The position numbers were made by a program, and so were the translations under genes. The notes beneath the pieces are model-generated. The model had not been told where the DNA came from and ran no database searches. It saw only the letters and a list, made by a program, of their open reading frames with translations. 64,000 nt of DNA from Pseudomonadota bacterium (GTDB taxonomy: Bacteria > Pseudomonadota > Gammaproteobacteria > Burkholderiales > JABEVD01), in NCBI GenBank assembly GCA_021835845.1, contig JAKBJU010000011.1, positions 3,528 through 67,527 of the forward strand, in the 5' to 3' direction. This document shows positions 38,409-46,952 of this stretch, piece after piece (position 1 is the first letter of the stretch; the number at the start of each line of letters is the position of its first letter).

Positions 38409-39230
38409 ATGGACCGGAATGCCTATCTCGCCTGGCGCGACAGGAAGTTCGCAGAATCGCCTCCTTCGGCGGACGATCTCGTCGTCGAAGTCAATCATCC
38501 CGATGCATTGACCCCGTCAGAGCTGGCGGCGATCAGAGAGCGCATCCGACGAGCCAACATGGCGATCTACGCGAGCTCCGCCACCGACACCGACATGAAG
38601 CGTCTGGGCCGCCAGTTTGGTCTGGAAAGTCTCGATGCCAACTGGCTGGCAGGAGAGGACGGCATTTCCGAGATCAAGGTGTCAGAATCCGGCAAGGGCT
38701 ACATTCCCTACACGAACAAGCCGATCAAATGGCATACCGACGGCTATTACAATCCGATTGATCGGAAAATCCGCGCGATGCTGCTGCATTGCGTCCAGGA
38801 TGCCGAAACCGGCGGGGAAAACCGGCTGATGGATCACGAAATCCTGTATTGCCTGCTCAGGGATGAAAATCCCGAATACATCCTTGCGCTCTCGGAGCCC
38901 GACGCAATGACGATCCCCGAAAGAATGGGAGAAGACGGCGTCGCGCGGCCTGAAGAGGCCGGGGCGGTTTTCTCCTTCGACCCCGACGGGCATCTGCACA
39001 TGCGCTACACTGCGAGAACCCGGTCGATCCAGTGGAAGCAGGACGAAGCGACCTTTGCCGCAGTCTCCGCGATCGAGGACATCCTCTCGTCCGCTTCGCC
39101 CTACATGCACGCAATCAGACTGCAGCCGGGCATGGGGATCATCTGCAACAACGTGCTGCACGATAGATCGGGGTTTACGGGAAACTCTCGCCTGCTCTAC
39201 CGCGCCCGCTATCACGACCGCATCAAATGA
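38409..39230 (+). CDS. TauD/TfdA-like Fe(II)/2-oxoglutarate dioxygenase
   Basis: IPYT...I.WHTDGYY (HxD), LLHCV..A..GG.N, NNVLHDR..F, RLLYR. Confidence 0.88.
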   Translation: MDRNAYLAWRDRKFAESPPSADDLVVEVNHPDALTPSELAAIRERIRRANMAIYASSATDTDMKRLGRQFGLESLDANWLAGEDGISEIKVSESGKGYIPYTNKPIKWHTDGYYNPIDRKIRAMLLHCVQDAETGGENRLMDHEILYCLLRDENPEYILALSEPDAMTIPERMGEDGVARPEEAGAVFSFDPDGHLHMRYTARTRSIQWKQDEATFAAVSAIEDILSSASPYMHAIRLQPGMGIICNNVLHDRSGFTGNSRLLYRARYHDRIK

Positions 39231-39263
39231 AAACCCCTCGCCTTGAAAAAGGCGAGGGGTTTT
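39230..39263. terminator. Bidirectional intrinsic terminator
   Basis: AAAACCCCTCGCC-N8-GGCGAGGGGTTTT between convergent operons. Confidence 0.9.
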
Positions 39264-39274
39264 GCCAGCCGAAC

Positions 39275-40522
39275 TTACCAGCCGTAGGAAATGCCGAGAG
39301 AATCCTCAGAGAGGGAATTGCTGACATTGCCTCCGCCATATGCTGGGGGAATGTCGTTGATGCCGGACACGGTATTGCTGAAGGCATGCATGTAGAACAC
39401 CGATATTTCAGACTTGTCCGCAAGCTTCCAGGTGGCGCCCAGGGTCACATTGTCGGTGACCACCCCGGGGGCGAGGATGTTGAAGAAGGTTTCGGATGTC
39501 GCATAGGGCTCCTTGTTGTGGGCCCATCCGGCCCGCAAGGTCAGCGTGGAACTCCAGTCGTGGCTGACACCGATCTTGTAAACCGTCATATTCTGCCAGC
39601 CGAATCCCGCACCGTTCGGAGCGCCGAGATTGAAGGGAACGCCGCCGAGGGGGTTGCTGATCGATGCCACATCGCCGTACATGATCCGCTGGATGTCGAA
39701 GGCGACAGTGGTTACAGGCGCAGCCTTCACCGCGACGCCCACGCCATAGGTGGCAGGAATATCGAACTCACCCAGATTGGCAAACAGGCCGCTGTATTTG
39801 CTGAACTTGGTCATCGTTGTCTTGGTCTGGTAGGTCGCACCCAAAGTCACATCGGGAGTCACCTGTCCTATCCAGCCGAAATGGAGTCCATATCCCGTAG
39901 ACGTATCGGTACCATTATTCGAGGTTGAATTCGCCCCAACCCCCGGCGCCGTTGCGGCGGAAAATCCCTGAATGCCCTGCGCGGAAAAGGTCTGGTAGGC
40001 AATATTCAGGGAAACGCCGACCGAATTGTGCTCGTCCACCTTTTTCGACCAGGTCGGCGCAATGAAAAGCTGCTTTAGGTTGACCCCGCCCTCACCCTGC
40101 CCGCCGTAAGCTGCAAAGGGATTGTTCATGTAGCCGGTATTCATGCCGCCGTTGCCGTAGATGGATACGCCGAGCGAATAATCCGGCGCCATCATGTGGT
40201 TATAGCCGAAATTCGGGATCAGGAAATTGCTGATATTATTGCCGTCGAAAGAGCCATTTGCCCCGCCTGCCCCGGTGATCTGCGAATTCCTGTCGGGATG
40301 GAACAGCTCAAGGCCGAAATCGATCCTGTTGCCGACCATCACCATCCCTGCAGGATTAGTTGCGGCAGCCAGAGAATCCTGCGGAAAGGCGATACCCACT
40401 CCGCCCATACCTTCGGACTTGATGCCATAGCCGTTCGAAAAATAGCCATTGGTGGCATAAGCTGCCGGCGCGATCAGACCGCCAGCAATCATCATCGAAA
40501 CCAGTATTTTACGCTTCTTCAT
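39275..40522 (-). CDS. FadL/OmpP1-family outer-membrane transporter
   Basis: Signal peptide, ATNGY, GMGG...A...D......NPAG, YGNGGMNT. Confidence 0.88.
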   Translation of the reverse strand: MKKRKILVSMMIAGGLIAPAAYATNGYFSNGYGIKSEGMGGVGIAFPQDSLAAATNPAGMVMVGNRIDFGLELFHPDRNSQITGAGGANGSFDGNNISNFLIPNFGYNHMMAPDYSLGVSIYGNGGMNTGYMNNPFAAYGGQGEGGVNLKQLFIAPTWSKKVDEHNSVGVSLNIAYQTFSAQGIQGFSAATAPGVGANSTSNNGTDTSTGYGLHFGWIGQVTPDVTLGATYQTKTTMTKFSKYSGLFANLGEFDIPATYGVGVAVKAAPVTTVAFDIQRIMYGDVASISNPLGGVPFNLGAPNGAGFGWQNMTVYKIGVSHDWSSTLTLRAGWAHNKEPYATSETFFNILAPGVVTDNVTLGATWKLADKSEISVFYMHAFSNTVSGINDIPPAYGGGNVSNSLSEDSLGISYGW

Positions 40523-40561
40523 GTTGCCCCTCTCTCTAGTTGTATTGGAATCAAGAAAACT

Positions 40562-41029
40562 TCAAACGAACAGACAGATATCGGTTTCCCCCGCGAATTC
40601 CATGAAGGTTGCCGCGCCGCCATATTCGATCCCGTCGATGAAATCGCTCTTTTCGAACTCGAACAGATCGACCGTCATCTGGCAGGCGACGAACTTGACG
40701 TCCGCTTCCTGGCACAGGCTGCGCAATTCCTCAAGGGAAGCGACCCCCTTCTTCTTCAGCTTGTCCTTCATCATCATGGTCGCCATGGATTCCATTCCGG
40801 GCAGCATCTGCACGAAAACCGGCATCGGAACCGGCATCGGCATCGCAGGATTGGCGAGCGGGCTGATCTTGACATCGGAAAGATCCTTCTTCAGAAGCTG
40901 CAGCCCGTAGAAAGTGAAAAACACCTGGACGTCGTAACCCAGCGCAGCCGCGGTGGAAGCCAGAATGAATGGCGGATAGGCCATGTCAAGGGTGCCCTTG
41001 GTCGCGATGATCGCCATTTTCTTTGTCAT
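40562..41029 (-). CDS. dsrE2: DsrE2-type sulfur carrier (DsrE/DsrF/DrsH-like)
   Basis: KGTLDMAYPPFILASTAAA, FFTFYGL, ACQMTVD; next to tusA. Confidence 0.88.
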   Translation of the reverse strand: MTKKMAIIATKGTLDMAYPPFILASTAAALGYDVQVFFTFYGLQLLKKDLSDVKISPLANPAMPMPVPMPVFVQMLPGMESMATMMMKDKLKKKGVASLEELRSLCQEADVKFVACQMTVDLFEFEKSDFIDGIEYGGAATFMEFAGETDICLFV

Positions 41030-41061
41030 GAAATTTCCCCTTTATCGAACCTGACCAACCA

Positions 41062-41289
41062 TCACTTCTTCTTCATGAAAAAGACGTATTCTCCGCCTTG
41101 CTCGCTCTGCTCGAGCAACTCATTGCCGGTCTGCTTAGCGAAAGCCTGCATGTCCTTGACGGAGCCGCAGTCGGTCGAAACGACCCTGAGCACCTGCCCG
41201 GAATCCATGTCGGCAAGGGATTTTTTGGTCTTCAGGATGGGGAGCGGGCAATTGAGGCCGCGCGCGTCGAGTTCTTTCTGAAAATCCAT
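41062..41289 (-). CDS. tusA: TusA sulfurtransferase
   Basis: LDARGLNCPLPILKTKK. Confidence 0.93.
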   Translation of the reverse strand: MDFQKELDARGLNCPLPILKTKKSLADMDSGQVLRVVSTDCGSVKDMQAFAKQTGNELLEQSEQGGEYVFFMKKK

Positions 41290-41387
41290 AGCTGTCTCCG
41301 TAAGTTAAATTTATAAATCCATGTTTCATAGGAATGAAATATGTTCCCAATATAATGCTATTAGGCGGAATTTGCCATTCCATCGTC

Positions 41388-41430
41388 TATAGCCGAAATG
41401 GGTAATACCCATATAGCCCGCATGGGGGGT
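41388..41430 (+). promoter_or_regulatory. Tandem 19-bp box pair upstream of tusA
   Basis: TATAGCCGAAATGGGTAAT (41388) and TATAGCCCGCATGGGGGGT (41412), 24 bp apart. Confidence 0.6.
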
Positions 41431-41435
41431 GCACT

Positions 41436-42233
41436 TCACAAGCGCACTGCCAGAACCGGCTTTTCCGCTCGCTCCACCACTTTCTGCGTTGTCCCGCCGG
41501 AGCGGACATTCCCCATGCCCACCACGATCAAATCGACATCTGCAGGCGTCGCAAGAATCTCGTCGCAGGGCCTGCCAATGCGCACCATTTCGTGAACCTC
41601 GGCACCCAGCGCTCGCGCCAAATCCGCATTGACCGAAACATTGCGCTGCGCTCCCTTCCTTGACGCCTCGCTTGAAGCGACGCCCAGGACATGAAGCGGC
41701 AAGCCGCATTCCACGGCAATCGCGGCTGCCACGCTGGCAACGCTTGCAGAACCTTCCGATTCATCGACTGCAGCCAATATCCCGCGCGACCACATGCCGC
41801 AGGCGCGCGGCACCATCAAGACGGAACAGGGCGCGGAATCGATGATTCTGCTCACCATTTCCCCGACCAGAAGTTTGGCCAGGAAACCGCGCCGGCCGCG
41901 GCGCCTGATGACGATGAGATCTGATTTGCAATTCAATGCTTCCTGAACGATTTCGTCAGCAGGCGCATCCCCTCTTCTTGCATGGATATCGACCGACACG
42001 CCCATTTTATTCGCACTCATGCGCAAGTCGTCGACCCTCGCGGCGATATCCTGCTCGGTTCGGTCGGCAAGCCTGTGGGCCGCCATTTCGAACTCGGGGT
42101 TGCTCAAGACGGGCACGACAACGGAGAGCGGAAGATTGCATCGCCTCGCCATTTCGAGCGCGACGCGCTCCGCACCAGAATCGAATTCGGTGCGCTCAGT
42201 GGCAAGCAGAATATTTCTGAAGGGATGGTCCAT
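41436..42233 (-). CDS. Universal stress protein (two USP domains)
   Basis: FRNILLAT, DLIVI..RG...L..LLVG, APCSVL.VP, ILAAVDES, DLIVVG...G.TT.KVV..A.KPVL. Confidence 0.9.
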   Translation of the reverse strand: MDHPFRNILLATERTEFDSGAERVALEMARRCNLPLSVVVPVLSNPEFEMAAHRLADRTEQDIAARVDDLRMSANKMGVSVDIHARRGDAPADEIVQEALNCKSDLIVIRRRGRRGFLAKLLVGEMVSRIIDSAPCSVLMVPRACGMWSRGILAAVDESEGSASVASVAAAIAVECGLPLHVLGVASSEASRKGAQRNVSVNADLARALGAEVHEMVRIGRPCDEILATPADVDLIVVGMGNVRSGGTTQKVVERAEKPVLAVRL

Positions 42234-42234
42234 A

Positions 42235-42654
42235 TCAATGTCTCCCCGAAAGCAGGCCGGATGCAGCCGAAACCAGGATGACGATTTCCAGCGCACACAG
42301 GACAAGATAGATCCAGTCTCGCCGCTTCGCATAGACCGGCATGACCGCCAGGATGCAGAATATGGAACAGCCGGAAAGGATCGCAATGCCGAGAAAGCTC
42401 GCAAGATCGCCGCTGCCCAGCATCCCGATCCAGGCCCATCCCTTCGGCATGCCGGTCACTTCCAGGTATTTGTCTGCAGGCAGGTTCCAGACCTGCGGCA
42501 GGCGCTCAAGCGGAATTCTGGCCGGCAGGATGCCGAACACATAGGCGACGAAAGTGCCGATGAGGGTCAGAAATCCCAGGAGCGTGCTCCAGTGCAGCCA
42601 GGCAGCGTAGCGCAGTTGCTCCTTCTCGTACTGCCCTGCGTCCTTCAGGCCCAT
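42235..42654 (-). CDS. DUF1634-like membrane protein
   Basis: EQLRYA..L, three hydrophobic segments, GW.W...L..GD; directly after TauE gene. Confidence 0.7.
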   Translation of the reverse strand: MGLKDAGQYEKEQLRYAAWLHWSTLLGFLTLIGTFVAYVFGILPARIPLERLPQVWNLPADKYLEVTGMPKGWAWIGMLGSGDLASFLGIAILSGCSIFCILAVMPVYAKRRDWIYLVLCALEIVILVSAASGLLSGRH

Positions 42655-43562
42655 ATTCCGAGTCCTTTCAGCAAGGCGCCGACGCCGGACACGAACAGCA
42701 TGGCGATCACCATCCTGCGAATCACCGAGGCATTGAGCACCGACAAAAGATGCGCCCCTATCCTCGCCCCGATCATCATGCCGATGACAGAAGGCACAGC
42801 GATGACGGGCAATATCGCGCCGTTGTCGAGATAATACCAAGTCGCCGAAGAACTGGCCGTAGTCAGGATAAGACTGGAAGTGCCTGCAGCCACCTTGAGC
42901 GGAACCCCCATCAGGAGATTGAGAACCGGCACATTGGCCCATCCCGCCCCGACGCCGAAAAGCCCGCCCAGAAATCCGATCACCAGAAACAGCACCATGC
43001 CAAGCGGCGTGCGGTGAACCTGCCAGTTCACGTCTTCTCCGGAAATTGCATCTCGGAATATGCCATGGATGCCGAGCATTCCGGAAAGCGGATCGGAAGC
43101 AGGCACATGGGGATATTCGGACTTCCTTGCGACAGCCATCAATACGACGATGCCGAGGATGGTAAGCCCCAGGGCGACCTGAACCACATTGGCAGGCAGG
43201 GCAAGGCCCAGCATGGCTCCCCCTATGGCGCTGACGGATGCGCCGAATGCAAGCGGCATCGCAAGACGGAGATTGGCAAGCCCCGCCTTCAACAGGGAAG
43301 GCCCCGCCGCAAGGGAGCTCGCAAGCGCAACGAGCAGTCCCGCGCCGCGCACGAAATCGAGGTGAAAAGGAAAAAAGCTGCCCACGATGGGCACGAAAAG
43401 CACCCCCCCGCCGACTCCGGCCGGAACTGCCACGATCCCGAGGAAGAAGCAGACGACAAAAAGCGCAAGCGGCCACACCCACCAGGCGCCAGCGCCGGCT
43501 GCAGCGCCGGCTGCAAATGCAGGATGCGAGAAAAAGAGCAGGGGCAGCGGCAGGCAGCGCAT
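42645..43562 (-). CDS. TauE/SafE-family sulfite exporter-like permease
   Basis: AGVGGGVLFVP, GLFGVGAGWANVP, P.KVAAGTS; start uncertain (43613 possible). Confidence 0.88.
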   Translation of the reverse strand: MRCLPLPLLFFSHPAFAAGAAAGAGAWWVWPLALFVVCFFLGIVAVPAGVGGGVLFVPIVGSFFPFHLDFVRGAGLLVALASSLAAGPSLLKAGLANLRLAMPLAFGASVSAIGGAMLGLALPANVVQVALGLTILGIVVLMAVARKSEYPHVPASDPLSGMLGIHGIFRDAISGEDVNWQVHRTPLGMVLFLVIGFLGGLFGVGAGWANVPVLNLLMGVPLKVAAGTSSLILTTASSSATWYYLDNGAILPVIAVPSVIGMMIGARIGAHLLSVLNASVIRRMVIAMLFVSGVGALLKGLGIWA

Positions 43563-43702
43563 CACGAATGCGTCTGTTCCGGCGCCATTACGGCAAAAGG
43601 TCGAAAAGGACATATGGTTCTGCAATCGGTTAATACGCTAATATATCGCATTGTACTCAATATCAGCATGCAATTAGGCGCAATCCAGGGGGGGGGGGCG
43701 TC

Positions 43703-43745
43703 TATAACCGCAATGGGGGGGCATGCATAACCCACACGAGGGAAT
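43703..43745 (+). promoter_or_regulatory. Tandem box pair between TauE operon and two-component system
   Basis: TATAACCGCAATGGGGGGG (43703) and weaker CATAACCCACACGAGGGAA (43726). Confidence 0.5.
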
Positions 43746-43797
43746 GACTTTGCCGCTACAGTGTTGCAAGACATGACAAATGATTTATAATCGAAAA

Positions 43798-44922
43798 ATG
43801 AGCGCAGCAGCGAAGGAATCCGTTCCGGAATCCACGCTCTCGGTCAACGACGAGTGTTCGACGCTGATCGAGGGGTTTCTTGGAACAATCGCAAAGATGA
43901 CGGGCGCAATGGCTGGCGCAGTGCGCATTCATTCCCCCGACGGGAAGGAACTGCGCCTGGTTGGCTCTTTCGGCTTGCCGCCCGATGTCGTCGAATGCGA
44001 AGACGCCGTCAATCGTAATTGCGGTGCCTGCGGCATGGCGGCAGGCGGTTCGGGAAATGCCGCATCCGGGGTCGAGGCATGCATGCTCCGCAATGGCCGC
44101 GGCTTCTTCGGAAAAACCTGCAAGCGCATGATCGCGGTTCCGCTCGAGGTCCGGGGAAGAACGACTGGCATCTTCAACCTGTTTTTTGCCTCGGCTCAGT
44201 CTATTCCTGCGGAAACCGAGAAAAACCTGCGATCCTTCGGCGAACTTCTCGGCACTGCCCTGGAAAACTCGATACGCTCCCGCGAAACCAGGAGAATGGG
44301 GCTGATGACGGAGCGGCGGCTGATGGCCAACGAAATACATGACTCCCTTGCCCAGACCCTGGTTTACGCGAGAATGCGCATGAGTCTTTTGAGTGAGGCA
44401 ATCAAATCCGGAAACGAATCCCTTACCGGAAAATATGTGAACGACGTCAATGAAGCACTGGCTTCCGGCCAGCATGCCGTGCGCGAACTCATCACCCACT
44501 TCCGCTGCCCGATGGATCCACTCGGGCTGCAGCACGCGTTGCGCGAACTCGTCGACGAATTCAGGGAGCGCACCGGCATCGCCCTCGAATACACCAATCG
44601 CATTGCCGATTTCATGCTTCCCATCGAATACGAACTCCAGGCATTCCATATCGTTCGGGAGGTTCTTGCCAATGTCGCCATGCATTCCCGGGCGAGCCGC
44701 GCGAGCCTTGCCGTGAGCCGCCATGACGGTTATTACCTGTTCGCCATCGAAGACAATGGCTCCGGCATTCCCGACATCGTCCCGGACGAAGGACACTATG
44801 GCCTGACCATCATGCGCGAACGCGCCATGCGCCTGGGCGGAAGAATCGAAGTGGAAAGTGCAAAAGGGCTTGGCACCAAGGTGACGCTGAGCTTTCCGAT
44901 CACCCAGGAGGTCATGCTGTGA
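43798..44922 (+). CDS. Cytoplasmic NarX/NarQ-like histidine kinase (Cys-rich GAF + HisKA_3)
   Basis: ERRLMANEIHDSLAQ, RELITHFR, E.LANV..HS.A, IEDNG.G, HYGL.IMRERA; no TM segment. Confidence 0.9.
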   Translation: MSAAAKESVPESTLSVNDECSTLIEGFLGTIAKMTGAMAGAVRIHSPDGKELRLVGSFGLPPDVVECEDAVNRNCGACGMAAGGSGNAASGVEACMLRNGRGFFGKTCKRMIAVPLEVRGRTTGIFNLFFASAQSIPAETEKNLRSFGELLGTALENSIRSRETRRMGLMTERRLMANEIHDSLAQTLVYARMRMSLLSEAIKSGNESLTGKYVNDVNEALASGQHAVRELITHFRCPMDPLGLQHALRELVDEFRERTGIALEYTNRIADFMLPIEYELQAFHIVREVLANVAMHSRASRASLAVSRHDGYYLFAIEDNGSGIPDIVPDEGHYGLTIMRERAMRLGGRIEVESAKGLGTKVTLSFPITQEVML

Positions 44923-45599
44923 ACAAACCCATCCGCATCGTTCTGGTCGACGATCATTGCCTGTGCCGACGCGGGCTCACCGAACTCTTCGACCACTGCT
45001 ACGGCATCTCAGTGGTCGGCGGTACCGGCAACGCAGCCGAAGTGATCCCCATTCTGGAAGCGCAGCGGCCCGACCTTCTGATCATGGATCTGCGCATGGA
45101 GCCTGTCGATGGCCTGACTCTGCTCGATCAGATCAGAAAGTCGGGTTGCGATACGCCGGTGGCGATCCTGACGATGAGCGACTCGGAATCCGATCTTGCC
45201 AAGGCGATGCGCCTCGGCGCGAAAGGCTACCTTCTGAAGGACATGGATCCCGAAGATGTCGTCAGCGCGGTGCGGCGCATCGCCAGCGGCGAACTCGTCG
45301 TCGCTCCGGCCATGACCATGAAACTGATGAATTTCCTGCAACATGGGCAACAGGATCATCACGTGCGCAAAAACTCTCTCGAACTTCTGACCGAGCGCGA
45401 GCGGGAAATCTTGCAGCATCTGGCGCGCGGAGAAAGCAACAAGGTCATTGCAAGGACGCTCGACATCAGCTACGACACCGTCAAGCAGCATGTCCGCCAT
45501 ATCCTGTTCAAGCTCAAGCTGGCATCCCGCGTGGAGGCAGCCGTCTTTGCCGTCGAGCAGAGGGCAAGCGAAGGCCGGGTTTCCTCGCCAAGCCACTAA
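44919..45599 (+). CDS. NarL/LuxR-family response regulator
   Basis: LVDDH, MDLRM...DG, GAKGYLLKD, LTEREREIL...G.SNK.IA..L.IS..TVK.HV. Confidence 0.95.
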   Translation: MNKPIRIVLVDDHCLCRRGLTELFDHCYGISVVGGTGNAAEVIPILEAQRPDLLIMDLRMEPVDGLTLLDQIRKSGCDTPVAILTMSDSESDLAKAMRLGAKGYLLKDMDPEDVVSAVRRIASGELVVAPAMTMKLMNFLQHGQQDHHVRKNSLELLTEREREILQHLARGESNKVIARTLDISYDTVKQHVRHILFKLKLASRVEAAVFAVEQRASEGRVSSPSH

Positions 45600-45602
45600 A
45601 GT

Positions 45603-46139
45603 TCATGATTTTAGTCGGTCCGCAAATTTTGCTCGAAAATCCTGCAGCTTCGGCCTGACCACGAACTGACAATACGGCCGGGAGCTGTTGTTTGTGAAAT
45701 AATCCTGGTGATAATCTTCTGCCGGGAAGAATTTTTCGCAAGAAGCCACTTCCGTCACGATCGGCCCAGCCCATTTCCCTGCAACTTTCCTGATCATCGC
45801 TTCGGCGAGCGCCTTCTGCTGCTCGGAGTGGGTAAAAATGACCGATCGGTATTGCGTCCCGACATCGTTTCCCTGCCTGTTCAATGTGGTCGGATCGTGG
45901 ATGGCAAAAAAAACTTCCAGAATTTCTGCGTAGGAAACGGCCGCCGGATCGAATGTCACCTGGACAACTTCGGCATGCCCGGTTTTCCCGCCGCATACCT
46001 GCTCGTAGCTCGGGCTGTCGACCAGCCCTCCGCTGTAACCCGAGACGACTTCGATGACGCCCTCCAACTCGGAGAAAACCGCCTCCAGGCACCAGAAGCA
46101 GCCTCCTCCCAATATCGCTACTTCCCTGCTTTCAGTCAT
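45603..46139 (-). CDS. msrA: Peptide-methionine (S)-S-oxide reductase
   Basis: GGGCFWCLE, TGHAEVV, HDPTTLNRQGNDVGTQYRS, AEDYHQ. Confidence 0.97.
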   Translation of the reverse strand: MTESREVAILGGGCFWCLEAVFSELEGVIEVVSGYSGGLVDSPSYEQVCGGKTGHAEVVQVTFDPAAVSYAEILEVFFAIHDPTTLNRQGNDVGTQYRSVIFTHSEQQKALAEAMIRKVAGKWAGPIVTEVASCEKFFPAEDYHQDYFTNNSSRPYCQFVVRPKLQDFRAKFADRLKS

Positions 46140-46249
46140 GAAACTTCATCCAGATGCGCCGCTTGTCCGCCGAATCATACCACTTGTCGGAAACCATGTT
46201 GACAACATTACAGCCAAGGTTTTTGATAGGCAGCGTGAACTCCAAAAGT

Positions 46250-46314
46250 TCCTCGGCTCTCTGAGCCACACCCAATGCCTCCTCCTTCCGGCCGGATCGT
46301 TCCGGCCGTTTTTT
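46250..46314 (+). ncRNA. Second candidate anti-Shine-Dalgarno sRNA
   Basis: GGCTC/GAGCC hairpin, CCTCCTCC (46278-46285), terminator CGGCCGGA/TCCGGCCG + T6 on the strand opposite both flanking genes; 5' end uncertain. Confidence 0.55.
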
Positions 46315-46952
46315 CATTTCACCTGAAGACGAAAGCGCACGTCCTGAACCGAATCGACCGGCTTTCCATCCTTAACCGCCGGAAAAAATTTCCATGTGGA
46401 CAAGGTGTTCAGCACAGACTGGTTCAATTCCGGGATGGAGGTCGCGATGATCAATTCGACCTTCACGGTGCCGTCCGCAGCAACATGAAACCTTGCAACG
46501 ACCAGGACATCCAGCGCATCCTGCCGGTATTCATCAGGAATCTCTGGCTTCGGGCTGTAGATGGCGCGCGCGCCCATCTCGTCTCCGCCGGGCGAGCCAT
46601 TCTGGGGCTCGGCCTTCGGCTGCGCCGCTTTCTGGGGCTCCGCTTTGGGCTGCGCCGCAGCCTTCGGGGGCGGCTGGACCTTGGGCTGCTCGACTCTTTT
46701 CGGAGCCTCCTGCACCTTTGCCATGGGTTTGGGCAAATCGGCCTTCCGTTGCGGCTCAGCGCTGGACTTCACGACACTGGGGGACACGGGAATTTCGATC
46801 AGCTTCGCATCTATCGGCTTCTGATCGACATGCAGCTTTTCCGGGCGGGAAAGAAACTTCCCGAACAGCCAGAACAAAATCAGCCAGGCAAGGACGGCCA
46901 TGCCGAACGTCCATGGCAGACGCCGCCAGGGATTTTCGAATTCACTCCGCAT
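46314..46952 (-). CDS. tonB: Energy transducer TonB
   Basis: N-terminal TM, P/K/Q-rich linker, C-terminal WKFFPAVKDGKPV. Confidence 0.88.
   Translation of the reverse strand: MRSEFENPWRRLPWTFGMAVLAWLILFWLFGKFLSRPEKLHVDQKPIDAKLIEIPVSPSVVKSSAEPQRKADLPKPMAKVQEAPKRVEQPKVQPPPKAAAQPKAEPQKAAQPKAEPQNGSPGGDEMGARAIYSPKPEIPDEYRQDALDVLVVARFHVAADGTVKVELIIATSIPELNQSVLNTLSTWKFFPAVKDGKPVDSVQDVRFRLQVK

Noticed and set aside
46132-46317. 61-aa minus-strand ORF between tonB and msrA
   Set aside because: No recognisable motif; region is better explained by the plus-strand sRNA candidate and the msrA promoter
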